Below are positions 1 through 12,420 of a stretch of DNA of 64,000 nt, piece by piece; position 1 is the stretch's first letter; the number at the start of each line of letters is the position of its first letter. Made by a program: the position numbers and the translations under genes. Location of the stretch: the NCBI GenBank assembly GCA_963727895.1, contig CAVSHT010000008.1:192001-256000 (forward strand), written 5' to 3'. Origin of the DNA: an uncultured Methanosarcinaceae archaeon. GTDB lineage: Archaea > Halobacteriota > Methanosarcinia > Methanosarcinales > Methanosarcinaceae. The notes beneath the pieces were generated by a model. The model did not search any database, was not told the DNA's origin, and worked only from the letters and a program-made list of their open reading frames with translations.

Positions 1-1151
1 TACTGAAGGTATGATGAAAAAGTTGAGCAATAAGTTCAAAACTGCCGCAGAAATATTGATATAAGTTTGTGCTTTTGTCTTTTTGACAATAAATAGTGTA
101 TTGATGAAAATTTGAACGACCCCCGCTAGAAGGCCAGAAAAAGCTATAACAGGGATTACAGCCCAACCAGAAATAAAATCTTCAGTTGTAAAAATTCCAA
201 GCAAAGGTTTTGCAATAGCGGCAAGCCCAAAAACAGCAGGGATAGAAACAAAAAGGAAATACCTTAAAGAATAAGACATATAAGTTGTTAATTCGTCAAT
301 TTTATGTTCATCGTACAATTTTGCGAGTTCTGGAAGAAGAATAAGCTGAAGAGGACTTACAAAAAGTTGTATAAGGTTACCTATAGAACAAGCTGCTGAA
401 TATACACCCACGCTTCCAAGACCGAGGAAGTATGTAACCAAGTATCTATCACTTGATTCCGTAACCCATCTTATAATAGCGTTGGGAGTTAGAGGTAACG
501 AAAATTGCAGATATTCTTTTATATAAATAAATCGAGGAATAAAAAATCCTATCTGTGATATGATCATCAGAAAAGCAATTAAAATAATGAGGCCTTGTAC
601 CAGTAATGTAGCTGCTATCACACCAAGAAGTCCGTATCCCATTTTGAGGAGAACAAGAATAAAAAATAGTTTCCCAAAGGCTTCAAAAAGGGTAAAATAG
701 GAATACTTCTTGATCTGTCTAAACACTCTGAAATAAAAAAGCGATACAGGTTCAAGTACACTTAAAAGAATCAAAAGAGAGCCTGCCTGAATATAATAGG
801 CTGCTCCAGGATCTTTGAACCCAAATGTAGCAAGAGGTTTTGCAAATATATACAACAAAAATGAAGCAAGAAAGCCGGATCCAGTTACAAAAAAAGGATT
901 GAATACACTGATTCCCTTATTTTTTTTATGTCCTTTTCAGAAGATAAAAATCTGATAAGACCCATCGAAAGGCCCATAAGCGCAAATGGAGAAATTAAAG
1001 ACACAGTGATATTAATCTGGGCCCAGAGACCGTAATAATATGTTCCAAGGCTTTTTGTGATAATTGGAAGAAGAAAAAAAGTACTTAAGCTCGTAAGTAC
1101 CTGAACTATCCCAATAAAACTAACATCTTTTGCAAATTTATGATATGCCAT
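1..1151 (-). pseudogene. Oligosaccharide flippase / polysaccharide export protein (Wzx/MATE-like), frameshifted; runs off window start
   Basis: ORF 885-1151 (FFLLPIITKSLGTYYYGLW) continues in another frame as a multi-TM protein (…QFSLPLTPNAIIRWVTESSDRYLVTYFLGLGSVGVYSAA…). The break is a missing base in the A7 run at 889-895; could be a sequencing error. Confidence 0.8.
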
Positions 1152-1561
1152 GGACCAACCTTATAGAAAATTTTGTTTTTAAAAATTATAATTGAAAAAC
1201 TTATGAAAATAGTTTTACAAAAATTATTCCTTAAATTTAATCCCATTCTTAATCAACCTGATATTTAAATCCTTTTAAAATCCAAAAATTTGTAAATTAT
1301 TTAAAAGTGTTTCTTGAAAATTAAAGAATCAATCCCAAAATCTTGTTTCTTCTTAAATCAATAAAATCTTTAGATATATATTCAAAGAAAAGAAACCTGG
1401 TTGATCTCTCAAATTTAAGATTTAGAAAACCAATTTTAAGTTTTAGGATTATCTTTATGAAATTATTTTTATAAAAAGGATAAAAATATTAATTTCAAAA
1501 GAAAAAAATAGAAAATATATCCTTAAAGATAAAGAAAATAGGAATTATCTAAAAATGAAGA

Positions 1562-2230
1562 TCAGGTTTCAAGCTCATGAAATTGATGATCGTTCAGATC
1601 TTTTTGCCTGATTCTTTCTCTGAGAAGGTCGAGAACTTCTTCGTCTGAGACATCGTACCATCTCTCGTAAGCCTCGGAGACAGCCCTAAAATATGCAGGA
1701 ATCTCTAATACGACAAGTTCATCTACTCTTTTTCGAATTTCGTCCGCGACATCTTTTCCTGCTACAGGTACTGCAACCACTATTTTTCTTGCTTTTCTGT
1801 TTTTGCAAAGTTCAATGGATGCCCGCATTGTTGAACCCATTGCGATGCCATCGTCAATTAGAATTACAGTTCTGTCTGCGATCTCAGGTAGAGAATTACC
1901 TCCTCTGAGAATTTTCATGCGCCTATCAATCTCACTAATCTGCTGTTCTTTAATCTTTTCAATGGTTTCTCCTGCAAGCCAATAGTGCGCATTTTCAAGA
2001 ATAAATGTGCTTCCGTTCTCGGCTATTGCCCCAAATCCGGCTTCAGGGTTATCAGGAAAAGGCAGTTTCCTGGTAATAATAAGGGAAAAATCAGCGTTTA
2101 GCCTCTTTGCAACCTGAAGTCCCACTTCTACTCCCCCACGCGGAATAGCCAGAATAATAGGATTTTCGGCTCTATATTTCTCAAGAGCTTCTGCTAGTTT
2201 TTCTCCTGCATCTTTACGATTTCTGAACAT
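1562..2230 (-). CDS. Phosphoribosyltransferase family protein
   Basis: LAIPRGGV and PRPP-binding loop VILIDDGIAMGSTM. Confidence 0.9.
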   Translation of the reverse strand: MFRNRKDAGEKLAEALEKYRAENPIILAIPRGGVEVGLQVAKRLNADFSLIITRKLPFPDNPEAGFGAIAENGSTFILENAHYWLAGETIEKIKEQQISEIDRRMKILRGGNSLPEIADRTVILIDDGIAMGSTMRASIELCKNRKARKIVVAVPVAGKDVADEIRKRVDELVVLEIPAYFRAVSEAYERWYDVSDEEVLDLLRERIRQKDLNDHQFHELET

Positions 2231-2483
2231 AGATCCACCTTATACTGAAAAACACTCCTTTCTGTACAAATGCCAAAATCAAATTATCTTCATTGACTAT
2301 CTATGAATCTCAACTGAAGAGCCTGAAGAAAGAGTCTTTTTAGGCAAATAGAATTTCAAACTTTTTCATAGCAGTTATTTTACAGTCATTTATTAATTAT
2401 CAAGCGGCATGAGGATATAATTTTGGAAGCAATATTCTGAATATTTGTTTCTGATCAGAATACTCTAGGGATATAATTTTTTT

Positions 2484-3223
2484 GGTATTGTTACCTAAAT
2501 ATATCTATTTCTTTATTTCTGTATTTCATCAATAGAATAACCGAGTACTTTAGCATTTCAAGACTTTTTGTATAACACTTTGTCTTTCTTCTCAACCTTG
2601 CTAGAAAGTGCCTCAATATGCTGTTATATCCTTCAACAGTATACGTTTCTGCTTTTGATTGAGTATGGATCTTTTCTGGAAGAACCTCTGCATATGCTCT
2701 CCAGTGATCGGTCATCACTTCTCCAATCTCTTTTTTCTTCAATTTTTCCCAGAGTAGTTTTCCAGTTTCCATTCCTCTGCTATCAAAAGAGCAGTTGATG
2801 AACTTTTTCCCAACTCTATCAACAGCAATCCAGATCCAGCAATATTTTTTTTGTTACCGATGTAAGTGTGCATCTCATCCATTTCAACAATAGATATCTC
2901 ATTTTCGCTTTTTAGAGCCTCCAACTCCTGACCAAATTTCTTGATCCATTTTTGGACAGAAACATGACTCACCCCTAAAAATCGTCCTATTGAGCGAAAG
3001 CCCAATCCTTCAAGATAGAGTTGTAAAGCCTGTCTTTTTACAGAAGTGGAAAAAGCAGTTGATTTTAGCTCTACTGTATAGTTATAGCCACAGTCAGAGC
3101 ATTTGTACCGTTGACGCCCGCCAACTATACCATTCTTTTTGTGACTGTAACTATTACATTTTGGGCAGTTCATGCAGAAATATACTTTCTAATAGGATAT
3201 AACTATGTTTAAGTATCAATGCC
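2484..3223 (-). mobile_element. IS1-family element, copy 1 (740 bp), apparently intact
   Basis: Imperfect terminal IRs GGTATTGTTAC… / …GTATCAATGCC; two overlapping ORFs joined at an A8 tract; no TSD. Confidence 0.92.
2491..3173 (-). CDS. IS1-family transposase (InsA Zn-ribbon/HTH + InsB DDE, joined by frameshift at A8)
   Basis: CPKC…CSDC Zn ribbon, EMDEM, TDHWRAY, VEGYNSILRH motifs; ORFs 2739-3173 and 2491-2772. Confidence 0.88.
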
Positions 3224-3420
3224 GTGTTATTTTTTTAGAATGATTTTCATCATTACTAGGATCTATCACTAGGTTCTCACTACCATCAGAGTGTAATATA
3301 CACCAGCATCTTGATTACAAAGTATAATATATACCAACTTCGGCCTTATCAAGCGAGTGATGCCTTATATAAAGTCCGACCAGTGTATGCTTGAATCTCA
3401 AAAACTTCACAGCATCTAGG

Positions 3421-3684
3421 TCAATTGTCAACTTTAATCTGTAATTCACTGCCGGAAGTGAGTCGATAATATAAAGCATAAACGAAATTACCAATAAAAA
3501 TAGTCAGCCAGGCGGTTAACAAAAATACCAGTATATGATCAGCCCTGGAACCCCACCCACCAGGTTTGGTTAAAATGGCTACATTTTCGTTCTGGCGTTT
3601 AAGCCTCCACCCAGAAACGATATAGTCCTCAACTTCCTGCTGTAACTTCTCTTTTGAAACTCTCTTAACACTAACATTTGCCAT
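3421..3684 (-). CDS. Small hypothetical membrane protein
   Basis: ATG at 3684 after a GGGGG SD-like run; hydrophobic segment HILVFLLTAWLTIFIGNFVYALYY. Confidence 0.65.
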   Translation of the reverse strand: MANVSVKRVSKEKLQQEVEDYIVSGWRLKRQNENVAILTKPGGWGSRADHILVFLLTAWLTIFIGNFVYALYYRLTSGSELQIKVDN

Positions 3685-3836
3685 AGTACCTAATCCCCCT
3701 TTTAGATACATATTAGCTATAATTTATGCTATAATCAAATAATGTTTTCCTGAATTTCTCGTCAATTGAGTAATCATTGATTTTATTGCTGAGTTAATTA
3801 ACTGATAACAATATGTGATACAAAAATGGAAGTAAC

Positions 3837-4535
3837 TTACCACAAAAATGGAATTAATCTATAACGAACTTTTTGACAGTATTCTTCATAGCCGGGTAGA
3901 TTTTTGGATAGAAACTTTTCTTCATCAAGAAGTCTCCAGATAATGACCAGCGTGAAAGGAATAAATATAAGTAAGCTCCACCACGACCCAAGAACTAGAG
4001 GAGTGCCAAACATCATAATGAGACCACTTATATACAGTGGATGGCAGACTATGCTATACAGCCCAGTCGTTATTACTTTTTGGTCGGTAGTTACTTCAAT
4101 GATTGAAGATGCAAAAGCATTTTCTTTGAAGACAAGAAAGAGCAGAAAAAATCCTGCAATTACAAGAATGTCGCCAAGAATGACAATGTAAACCGGGACA
4201 TGAGACCAACCAAAACGATGGTCAAACCCGGAAATAACAAAATAAGCAATGAATAATATGAGGACAAGAAAATGTGTAATCTTTTGAGCCTTTTCTTTTT
4301 CAGCGCCTGGTCCCTTATTAACCCTGCGAGCTAGAAGTTCAGGGCTTGTTCTCCACAAATACAAAGTAATAATTGCTGATGATACAATATATATAATTGA
4401 ATAAACCCACGCTTGCCAAAAATTAAATGAACCTGCTGGAGCGAAAAGGAATAAAAAGATAATGATAATGAACGCTACAAAGCCAAGCAGAGTTTTTAAT
4501 TTTAGGTTAAAAGTGGTTTTGTCAGCAGTATTCAT
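3837..4535 (-). CDS. Isoprenylcysteine carboxyl methyltransferase (ICMT/PEMT) family membrane protein
   Basis: Multi-TM; QKVITTGLYSIVCHPLY and EEKFL…GYEEYCQKVRYRLIP motifs. Confidence 0.88.
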   Translation of the reverse strand: MNTADKTTFNLKLKTLLGFVAFIIIIFLFLFAPAGSFNFWQAWVYSIIYIVSSAIITLYLWRTSPELLARRVNKGPGAEKEKAQKITHFLVLILFIAYFVISGFDHRFGWSHVPVYIVILGDILVIAGFFLLFLVFKENAFASSIIEVTTDQKVITTGLYSIVCHPLYISGLIMMFGTPLVLGSWWSLLIFIPFTLVIIWRLLDEEKFLSKNLPGYEEYCQKVRYRLIPFLW

Positions 4536-4595
4536 TTAATTAGCTCTCATTTTGTTATGAAAGTTACCTCAGGTAACCATTTTTTGAATAAGCTC

Positions 4596-5271
4596 TTATT
4601 TAGCAACACGTCTTAGTATGTAGCTTACAGAAAGGAAAACAGCAATCGCAAGAATGGCGTAAACTGCAAAAAGCAAGATTGAACCATACTTACTCAGAAT
4701 AGGATTTGTGTTATTTATCTGCTCATTGGTTGGATACATAATGTCTTGTTTGTCATTGCTGTGATCCAGACCCAGTGCATGTCCTAATTCATGCTTTACA
4801 ATGGCGAGCATTGCAGTATCACTATACGGAACCCATTTTCCCCACTGATAAGTTCCAACTCCAAGCACTATGTCCACGTGTACAAATCGCCCGTTAACAA
4901 TAAATGGAGTTGTATCACCTGCAACTCCATCAGGAGCTCCCATTATCTTTCTGCAGGTTTTCGACCCATTTTATCCTGATATCAGCTTTTTCGGAATCCA
5001 CAATTTTAAAAACAGGAGTATATTCCAGTTTTCCGTTTCCTCCTTCTGCCCAGTAATTCAGAGCTTTTTGTACCTGTGTATAATATGTAGGACTATAATG
5101 TGGAGGAACACTTTTGTTATCTATATATACTGTGATCGGAGAATGATTCCAGGGGTGATCTAAAATTCTTGGATAATTATACTCTGAAGCCGCCGGAGAA
5201 ATGGGCAAAATAAGTGCCATCAGCAACAGTAATAAGAGTAATCTTACTCCAGATGTACTGTTTCGGGTAAT
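4596..5271 (-). pseudogene. Matrixin-family (M10) zinc metalloprotease, membrane anchored, frameshifted near 4945
   Basis: HELGHALGLDHS…IMYP metzincin motif in 4596-4943; signal peptide and N-domain in 4930-5226, extendable to ATT at 5271 behind GGAGG. Confidence 0.8.
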
Positions 5272-5548
5272 AGAAACCTGCCTCCATATTATTAAAATAA
5301 TCCTGAAAAGTTAATACAACATAATCAATTACATAATCAATCCTGAAAACTTTTAATTATAAAGACTGAAGTGAATTTTAGAATCAACTCAACAATCAAA
5401 AAGACAACCTTTTGCTGATTTTACAAAGATACATAAAGAAAAATCTTCATCGACGAAAAGTTGAAAAATAATCTGCTTTTAGTCTCTCTTATTTCAGCCT
5501 CACTTTTCTTTTGTTAACCAGTTCGATTCGCTGTTTATACAGGTCACT

Positions 5549-6056
5549 TCACCTATGGACTTCAATTCTTCTGTTTCTCCACTCCGATTTACTAATATGT
5601 GAACGTACTTTCATGAAGTAAGACAGCGCTGCAATGGGCAGAGGCATAGCCTACCCCATATACTGCTAAATCTGTCTCTTGAGGCTCAAATATAATGCTC
5701 AGGAAATTAACTCCTAGTACGACAACAGTAAGCCCTACGAGGTTCAATTCTAGTTCTTCAATATTGGTTATTTTCACCCATTCCGGTAACGGTAATGGCT
5801 GGATAAACAACTGGTATAGCCCGAAAGATGTAAGGAAAAGAACTGTACCGACTAAGAATAGGTGGACAGTCTCCACAATTTCAACAATGATATTCCCTTC
5901 TGGACTTTTTCCTGACATTCCAGTAATGAGTTCTCTCATGAAATGAATAATATCTATTCCGCCTTTAACAAATAAGACGCAAGCAGCAATTGCCAACCCT
6001 ATTACTGGAATCAATACGAAAAAACGCATTCCTGCAATAAATCTTACAACTTTCAC
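5549..6056 (-). pseudogene. YqhA / UPF0114 family membrane protein, frameshift near 5640
   Basis: IVETVHLFLVGTVLFLTSFGLYQLFI…LPEWVKITNIEEL motif; GYA continues as LPIAALSYFMK in another frame. Confidence 0.75.
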
Positions 6057-6145
6057 CAGTAAACTCCTTCTTTTTTATGTTTCTATTTCGATTAATTGTC
6101 TAGCTTGAATTACATAGAGAATGGGTTGTGGCTAAGTCCTTTGTA

Positions 6146-7469
6146 TTATTTACTTCTGACTTCTCTTTTCAAGTCTTCTTTTTTGCGGCCGTGGCAGCGT
6201 TTAAACTTTCGACCGCTACCACAAGGACAGAGGTCATTGCGTCCTACCCTGGCGAAAGCCTCTTCCATGGTCAGAACCCTCATAACTTCCGAAGCCGGAT
6301 AACCCCTGCGTATAAGACCTGCCAGGATCTGCATCGGAAAGTTGATATGCTGGAAGAAAGCTTTCCAGCCCTTACAGAGATAGTTCAGTCCTGGTTCCCC
6401 TTCAGAAGTGGTCAGGAAGCGGTTTTTAGGGCATTCCCCCTGGCAGACAAAGAGAAATTCACATTCCCGGCATAACTGCGGGAGAGTGTCGTGTTTGTCC
6501 TGTCCAAACCTGTATTGTTTTTCCAAAGCGGCAAGCTCACTTATCTCTTTTTTCATTATATTGCCCAGCAGGTAGTCAGGCTCCACAAAATGGTCGCATG
6601 AGTAAAGATCGCCATTGTGCTCCAGAGCAAGCCCAATATCGCACTTTTCCTCAAAAACGCACATGCCTGAAGGCAGACCAAGCCATTTGCGTGCAGAAGC
6701 TTCAAAAGTCTGCACGAATACCTTTCCCACATCGTTTCTTACCCACTCGTCAAAAATGCGGCTCAAGAAACCGCCATACTGCTCTGGCTATACAGAACGC
6801 TTCGAAACGGTGTCTCCTCTCTGGTAAAGTGTATTTCCCTCCTCATCGATTCGCTCTACAACCGGAATAAACTGAATCCAGTCTGTCTTTGCTTCATCCC
6901 GAAGGAAGCGGTAAACTTCAAGCGGATAATCGGCATTGACCCTATTTTACTGTGGTCAGGACATTGTATTCAACGCCGTGTTTTTGCAGCAGTCAAAGCC
7001 CCTTCATGACCTGGTTGAAGGTCCCATTCCCCTTTTTGTCCATCCTGTAAGCATCGTGCAATTCACGCGGACCGTCGATGCTGATCCCTATGAGAAAGTT
7101 ATTTTCCTTAAAGAACCGGCACCACTCGTCGTCCAGCAGCGTGCCGTTTGTCTGCATCGTATTTTCAAAAGTCATGCCCGGCTTTCTGTACTTTTCCTGC
7201 AGTTCGATTGCACGCCGGTAGAAGTCTATTCCCATCAGCGTAGGTTCACCTCCCTGCCAGGCAACGGTTACCTGAGGGATGCGATGGGCTGCAATAAGCT
7301 GCCGGATGTAGTTCTCCAGCACCTCTTCTGACATACGGAACTTGCTGCCCGGATAGAGCAGCTCCTTGTCCAGAAAGAAGCAGTAGGAGCAGGCCAGGTT
7401 GCAAATTGCTCCCGTTGGCTTTGCAAGCACATGGATTCTGGGAGGCAGGTAGTTTTGTGCCATTCTCAC
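6146..7469 (-). pseudogene. Anaerobic sulfatase maturase (radical SAM/SPASM) with C-terminal SEC-C motif; multiple lesions
   Basis: CNLACSYC, WQGGEPTL, SPASM cysteines, GRNDLCPCGSGRKFKRCH; TGA at 6993-6995, TAG at 6788-6790, frameshifts near 6945 and 6837. Confidence 0.9.
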
Positions 7470-7572
7470 TTTCTTTGCCAGATTTATTAGTTCAGTATCC
7501 GTAAGCTCTTTGTATCGATAGCCTGATAGACATCAGATGTAAAGGATACTGAATCTGTCAGGCTGTATCTCT

Positions 7573-9928
7573 TTATTGCCTGGCCATGACCATACGCACT
7601 TCAGCTTCCTTATCTTCGATAAGCTCGCCGCTTACATCCACGGTCACGCTGTAGATCTTGCCGGTAAACTCAAAAGGCGGCTGGTATTCAGGCGCGACTG
7701 GTGCTCCATGAGCTGCACCGCAGCTTAACCCGGTTAGCCCTAAACTGAAAGCGGAGTTGTTACAGGTACCTCAACCTGGCCGACTAACTTCCCATCTATA
7801 TAGAGTTGAGCTTTTCCCGGTGCGCCCTTGCCGCTTGGCAGGATCTGGCTTACCGGTTACCTCGAACTCGAAACGGAGTTGATGTCGCCCTTCAGGAATA
7901 TTCTCAACGGACTCTACATGATAGAAGGCCTTGGTTACGTAGTTGTGTACCCAGTGCAGCTTTCCGCCTTTTACATAGAATATATAGCCGGCCTCAATAT
8001 CACCCTGGGAGAGCAGGATCCCTTCTGCGCCTCCTGCAGGAATCTCGACGTCGGCTGTGATACTATGCGGACGGTTGAGAACCCTGACTGCTGCATTTGC
8101 GGGAATCGGCTGAGTTCCGGGATAATAGGTATAGCTAGTCCGATCTGCTGTAATCTGCGGCCGTTCATCGGCAAAGCGCAGGCTTCCTCGAGAATCTATG
8201 GGCAGCACATTGTATTTTCCGGCTTCTGCATACCAGGTTGCTATCATCTCGATCAGCTTGGGTCGATTATCTGCAGCCACATTATGGTTCTCTGCCCAAT
8301 CCTTCTCGACGTGATAAAGCTCCCAGCTTTTTGCATCCAGTTCGGTTAACATATCTGCCGTGATCGGTTCCCCGAAGAATTTTCCTGATTCTGTGAACGA
8401 AGGACCAGGCCACGGGCATACGGCACGCCAGTCCATGTGATACAGGGAGCGGTGCCCCATCATCTCGAAATACTGGGTGTGGTGCCTGGTAGGTGCACTG
8501 GCATTTTCCAGAGTGTGTGCAAAACTTACGCCTTCAATAGGTGACTGGGTTACACCTTTGATAGCCATCGGAGGTTCAATTCCCAGGCAATCCAGGACTG
8601 TAGGTACCATATCGATAGCGTGGGCATACTGGGTTCGAACCTCGCCTTTGGCCTTTATCCCCTTGGGCCAGTGGACAATAAAGGGGTCGCTGACACCGCC
8701 ACGGTAGGTCTCACGTTTCCAGCGGCGGAAGGGTGTATTTCCAGCAAAGGTCCAGCCCCAGGCATAATGGTTGAAAGTCTCCGGGCCCCCGAGTTTATCC
8801 AGAGCTGCTAGATTCTCCTCCACAGATTCAGGCACGTTATTGAAAAACCTCATCTCACTGATCGATCCTGTAGGGCCACCTTCAGAGCTGGCACCGTTAT
8901 CGGAAATTACCATAATCAACGTGTTCTCAAACTCACCAATATCTTTCAGGAACTGCAACAACCTCCCAATGTGATAATCGGTGTGTTCCAGGAACCCGGC
9001 AAAGACCTCCATCATACGGGCATAGAGCTTCTTTTCTTCAGGAGAGCACTGGTCCCAGGGCTTGACATCCGGGTCATGGCGAGATAGCTCTGCATCTTTT
9101 GGGGATATACCCAGTTCCTTTTGCCGGGCGAACGTTTTCTCCCGGTAAGCTTCCCAGCCGTCATCGAACTTGCCTTTGTATTTGTCTGCCCATTCTTTAG
9201 GGACATGATGAGGCGCATGCATGGCTCCCGGGCAGAAGTACATGAAAAAAGGTTTGGTGGGTGCTATCTGTTTGGCGTCAGCAATGAACTGGATGGCTTT
9301 GTCCACTATATCCTCATTCAAAGTGTAGCCTTCCTCGGGAGTTTTGGGAGGGATTACTGGATGATTGTCATAGGTCAGATCAGGGTAATACTGGTGTGTG
9401 TCGCCTCCTAAAAACCCGTAGTAACGCTCAAAACCCCGTCCCAGAGGCCAGCGTTCATAAGGTCCGGCTGCCGATATCTGGTCTGCAGCTGTCAGGTGCC
9501 ATTTGCCGATTGCATAGGTGTTGTAACCATGCTGCAGAAGTATTTCTGACAGAAAACCGTTCTCAAAAGGTATATAGCCGTTATAGCCCGGATAGCCTGT
9601 TGAGCCTTCGGTGATACTGGCCATATTGTTCGAATGGTGGTTTCGTGCCTGTAAGTATGCACGCACGGCTGGGAGAGCACACTGCGGTTGTATGCATATT
9701 GTTGTAAGCAAGGCCTCCCGCAGCCAGGCTATCCAGGTTTGGTGTCTGTATAGGGCTGCCATAGCACCCAAGTTGTCCAAATCCTGTGTCGTCCAGCACA
9801 ATGAAAAGTACATTTGGAGCTCCCTCTTTGGCGCGCAATGGTTCCGGCCAGGCTGGTTCAGACTGGTCAAACGTGCGCCCGATTACACCTGGAAATGTGG
9901 TTCCTGGTTTGTATTCTTTCAGTGGCAT
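7573..9928 (-). pseudogene. Arylsulfatase (Cys-type), at least three frameshifts
   Basis: PNVLFIVLDDTG, CSPSRA formylglycine motif, GKWHL, SDNG; frame breaks near 9647, 7833 and 7730; C-terminus …VMARQ-stop at 7573. Confidence 0.9.
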
Positions 9929-10086
9929 TTGTCCCCCTGTCAATTTTGAAATTACGGGCAAATATATAAAAAAGTGAGGAGACTTACTTTTTGTTTTTCT
10001 CCCCGTTCATTTTATTTTAGAATCATTCTTTGCGATCGATTCCAGAAATATTTACATTCCCGGAAGGGTGGCTTGTCTATCAAAAT

Positions 10087-10593
10087 TCAGTATGCAGGTG
10101 CTGCTTCTTCTTCAGCAAAGGCTTCACGCAGTTTGTTTTCTTCTTCTTTGGACAGGTTAGAGGCAATTAATTCAAACTTCATGCCTCTGGCAGCTTCTGA
10201 CACCTTATCCTGAACTGCATCACTGGTCATCAGGAACAGAGCTGATGTACCTTCTGTCACTTTGCTCCGGATTGACCTGATAAAATCATCACTAATACCC
10301 ACATCAGCCATAGAACCAGTCAGTGCTCCTAATGTGGCTCCAACAACCATACCAAATATTGGGATAAAGAAAATCAATCCAAAAAGCATTCCCCAAAAAG
10401 CTCCACTAAGTGCACCTACCCCAGACATGCTGGTTAATTGTTTGGTTTTCGGTTTCTTTTTTCCTTCAGGCCAGCTAACTATAGCCGCGTCATGCAGATT
10501 GATCAATTGTCTCTTGCTTAAATCTTCAATCACATGAAGTGCCTTTTCAGCACCATCAGCTTTTTCAAACTTCAGAACTGTTAAAGTTGCTAT
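10087..10593 (-). CDS. DUF1269-family membrane protein; expected start codon is ATA
   Basis: GALSGAFWGMLFGLIFFIP…GTSALFL; frame extends to ATA-GCA-ACT-TTA (xATLTVLKF) 8 nt behind a GGGGG SD. Confidence 0.8.
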   Translation of the reverse strand: MATLTVLKFEKADGAEKALHVIEDLSKRQLINLHDAAIVSWPEGKKKPKTKQLTSMSGVGALSGAFWGMLFGLIFFIPIFGMVVGATLGALTGSMADVGISDDFIRSIRSKVTEGTSALFLMTSDAVQDKVSEAARGMKFELIASNLSKEEENKLREAFAEEEAAPAY

Positions 10594-10991
10594 AACTCGA
10601 ACCCCCTTTTATATCACATATTTGTTACTTATTGTATCTTGATTCAGTTCGTCAATCGAGGCGAAACCATCATCTCCTCGCTATTGTAAATCTTGAAAAA
10701 GTTGGGTTTTTTGTATTCATCCTTAGCTACAAGTTCGCTGCTGTCTTAACATGCAGCAAAATAGTGACCGAGAAAAAGCATCGCTTAAATCTCTCGTTAA
10801 CCCCAACTGAACCTTCGAGATTTTTCCCCAAGCTCGTTATTCAATAATTTACTTTAAATAATTATTCTTTTACACATATTATTTTATGCATATTGATTTC
10901 TTTTATTGGGTCTGATGAACATGATTACTCTTTAAAATTGAAGATGTTCTATTCTTTCTTGCTGGTCTTATTTTCATGTTAAATTCTTACT

Positions 10992-12075
10992 TTATTTGGA
11001 ACTTTTTAACTCAGTTTTCTGGTTTGCAAAATGAACAACGATATCAGAAGAAGACATTGCTATATTTTCATGTATCAGGGCTTTATAAATTACCGTATTC
11101 AGTTTGTCTTCTGAAATCCTTGTTTCCACGAAGTTCTCTATCCAGCACCTTGCTTTGAACTTAATTCCTGACTCTGTGAATTCGAGTAAGAGAACCTGTA
11201 CGGGATTTTCCTGCATGATCCATTTTTCATTATTCATAGCCTCAATAATCAGGTTTCGTACATACTCGGTATCCGGGCCATATGATATGATCACATCAGT
11301 TTCGACACGGAACATTCTGTCAGGCATTGAATAATTCGTAATAAGTTCTTTTCCGATAACAGAGTTGGGAATTGCTACCTGACGGTTATTCCTGGTGAGA
11401 CTGCGAGTTGACCGCCAGCTGATCTCTAGCACATCTCCCCATGTATTGAGCTTTTCTATAAGTATTCGGTCTCCAGTTTTGAATGAGCGGTCAATGGAAA
11501 TTGTAATTCCTGAAATGAGGTCAGCAAGGGTATTCTGAGCTACAAGACCAATTATTATTCCTCCAATTCCAAGGGCAATAAGTGATTGATGAAATGAAGC
11601 TTCTGTGATTCCAAAACGCTCAAGAATTATGATTATGGCAAGAAATCCAAAAACCAGCTGGGGATATATACTGTACGTAGCGAACTGCTCGGTAGTCGAT
11701 TCCTTCCAAATCTGTTAAAGATATTCTGGATCGGTACCAGTCTCCAGCAATGGATATTAAGTTAAGAATGATATATGTTGCTATAGATACGTAAAGAACA
11801 AAATAGAAATTATTAATGAGCCATGCATAGCCACTAAAATACTTACTGAAAAACCCTACTGCAGCTTGCATACCCATTAGAATGATTAAATTCAGCAGTG
11901 AATTCTCTAAAAGGCAAAAAATTTTATCGGAATTTTTTACATTTTTGATTGCTTTCCAGAGCCAGCTCTTCAAAATAAATTGGCTAATAATTAAGGTACC
12001 GATCGTAACTAGCAGAATAACGATCATCCTCAAGAGAATTGCGCCGAATAATAATATCTGTTCGATGTTGACCAC
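10992..12075 (-). pseudogene. Small-conductance mechanosensitive channel (MscS family), split by frameshifts
   Basis: N-terminal TM ORF 11620-12075; middle GLVAQNTLADLISGITISIDRSFKTGDRI; IPNS and C-domain in 10992-11432. Confidence 0.82.
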
Positions 12076-12420
12076 TTATACCCCCACGGCCAAAACCAGT
12101 TAATTCTACGAGATAGTTAGATTTGCTCCTTCTTATCTACTTGCTTATCCACCTTATTATCCACCTTTTATCTATTTATTATTGGACAAATTCGATAATT
12201 CCGCTAGAAATCCCTTTTCACTTGAGTCAGCAGATCAGCAGGGAAAAAATAAATGTTAAAAAATGGAGAAAAGAATCTTTTGGTTATTGAAGCAAGCTCT
12301 CTCATTCCAACAATAAAATAATACAAAAATAACCTTAAGAAACAAAAAAATGTTTCAATTAATTATAGAATTCATATAAATAAACAGTAACCTTAGTTTT
12401 TTTCTCTAAAATTTACTTTT

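Noticed and set aside
6788..6790. In-frame TAG as pyrrolysine in the sulfatase maturase
   Set aside because: The gene also has a TGA and two frameshifts; a CAG>TAG change is simpler.
7806..9977. Multiple + strand ORFs over the sulfatase, and similar antisense ORFs over hdrA, nrdJ, TPR and IS genes
   Set aside because: Antisense or alternate-frame shadows of well-supported genes.
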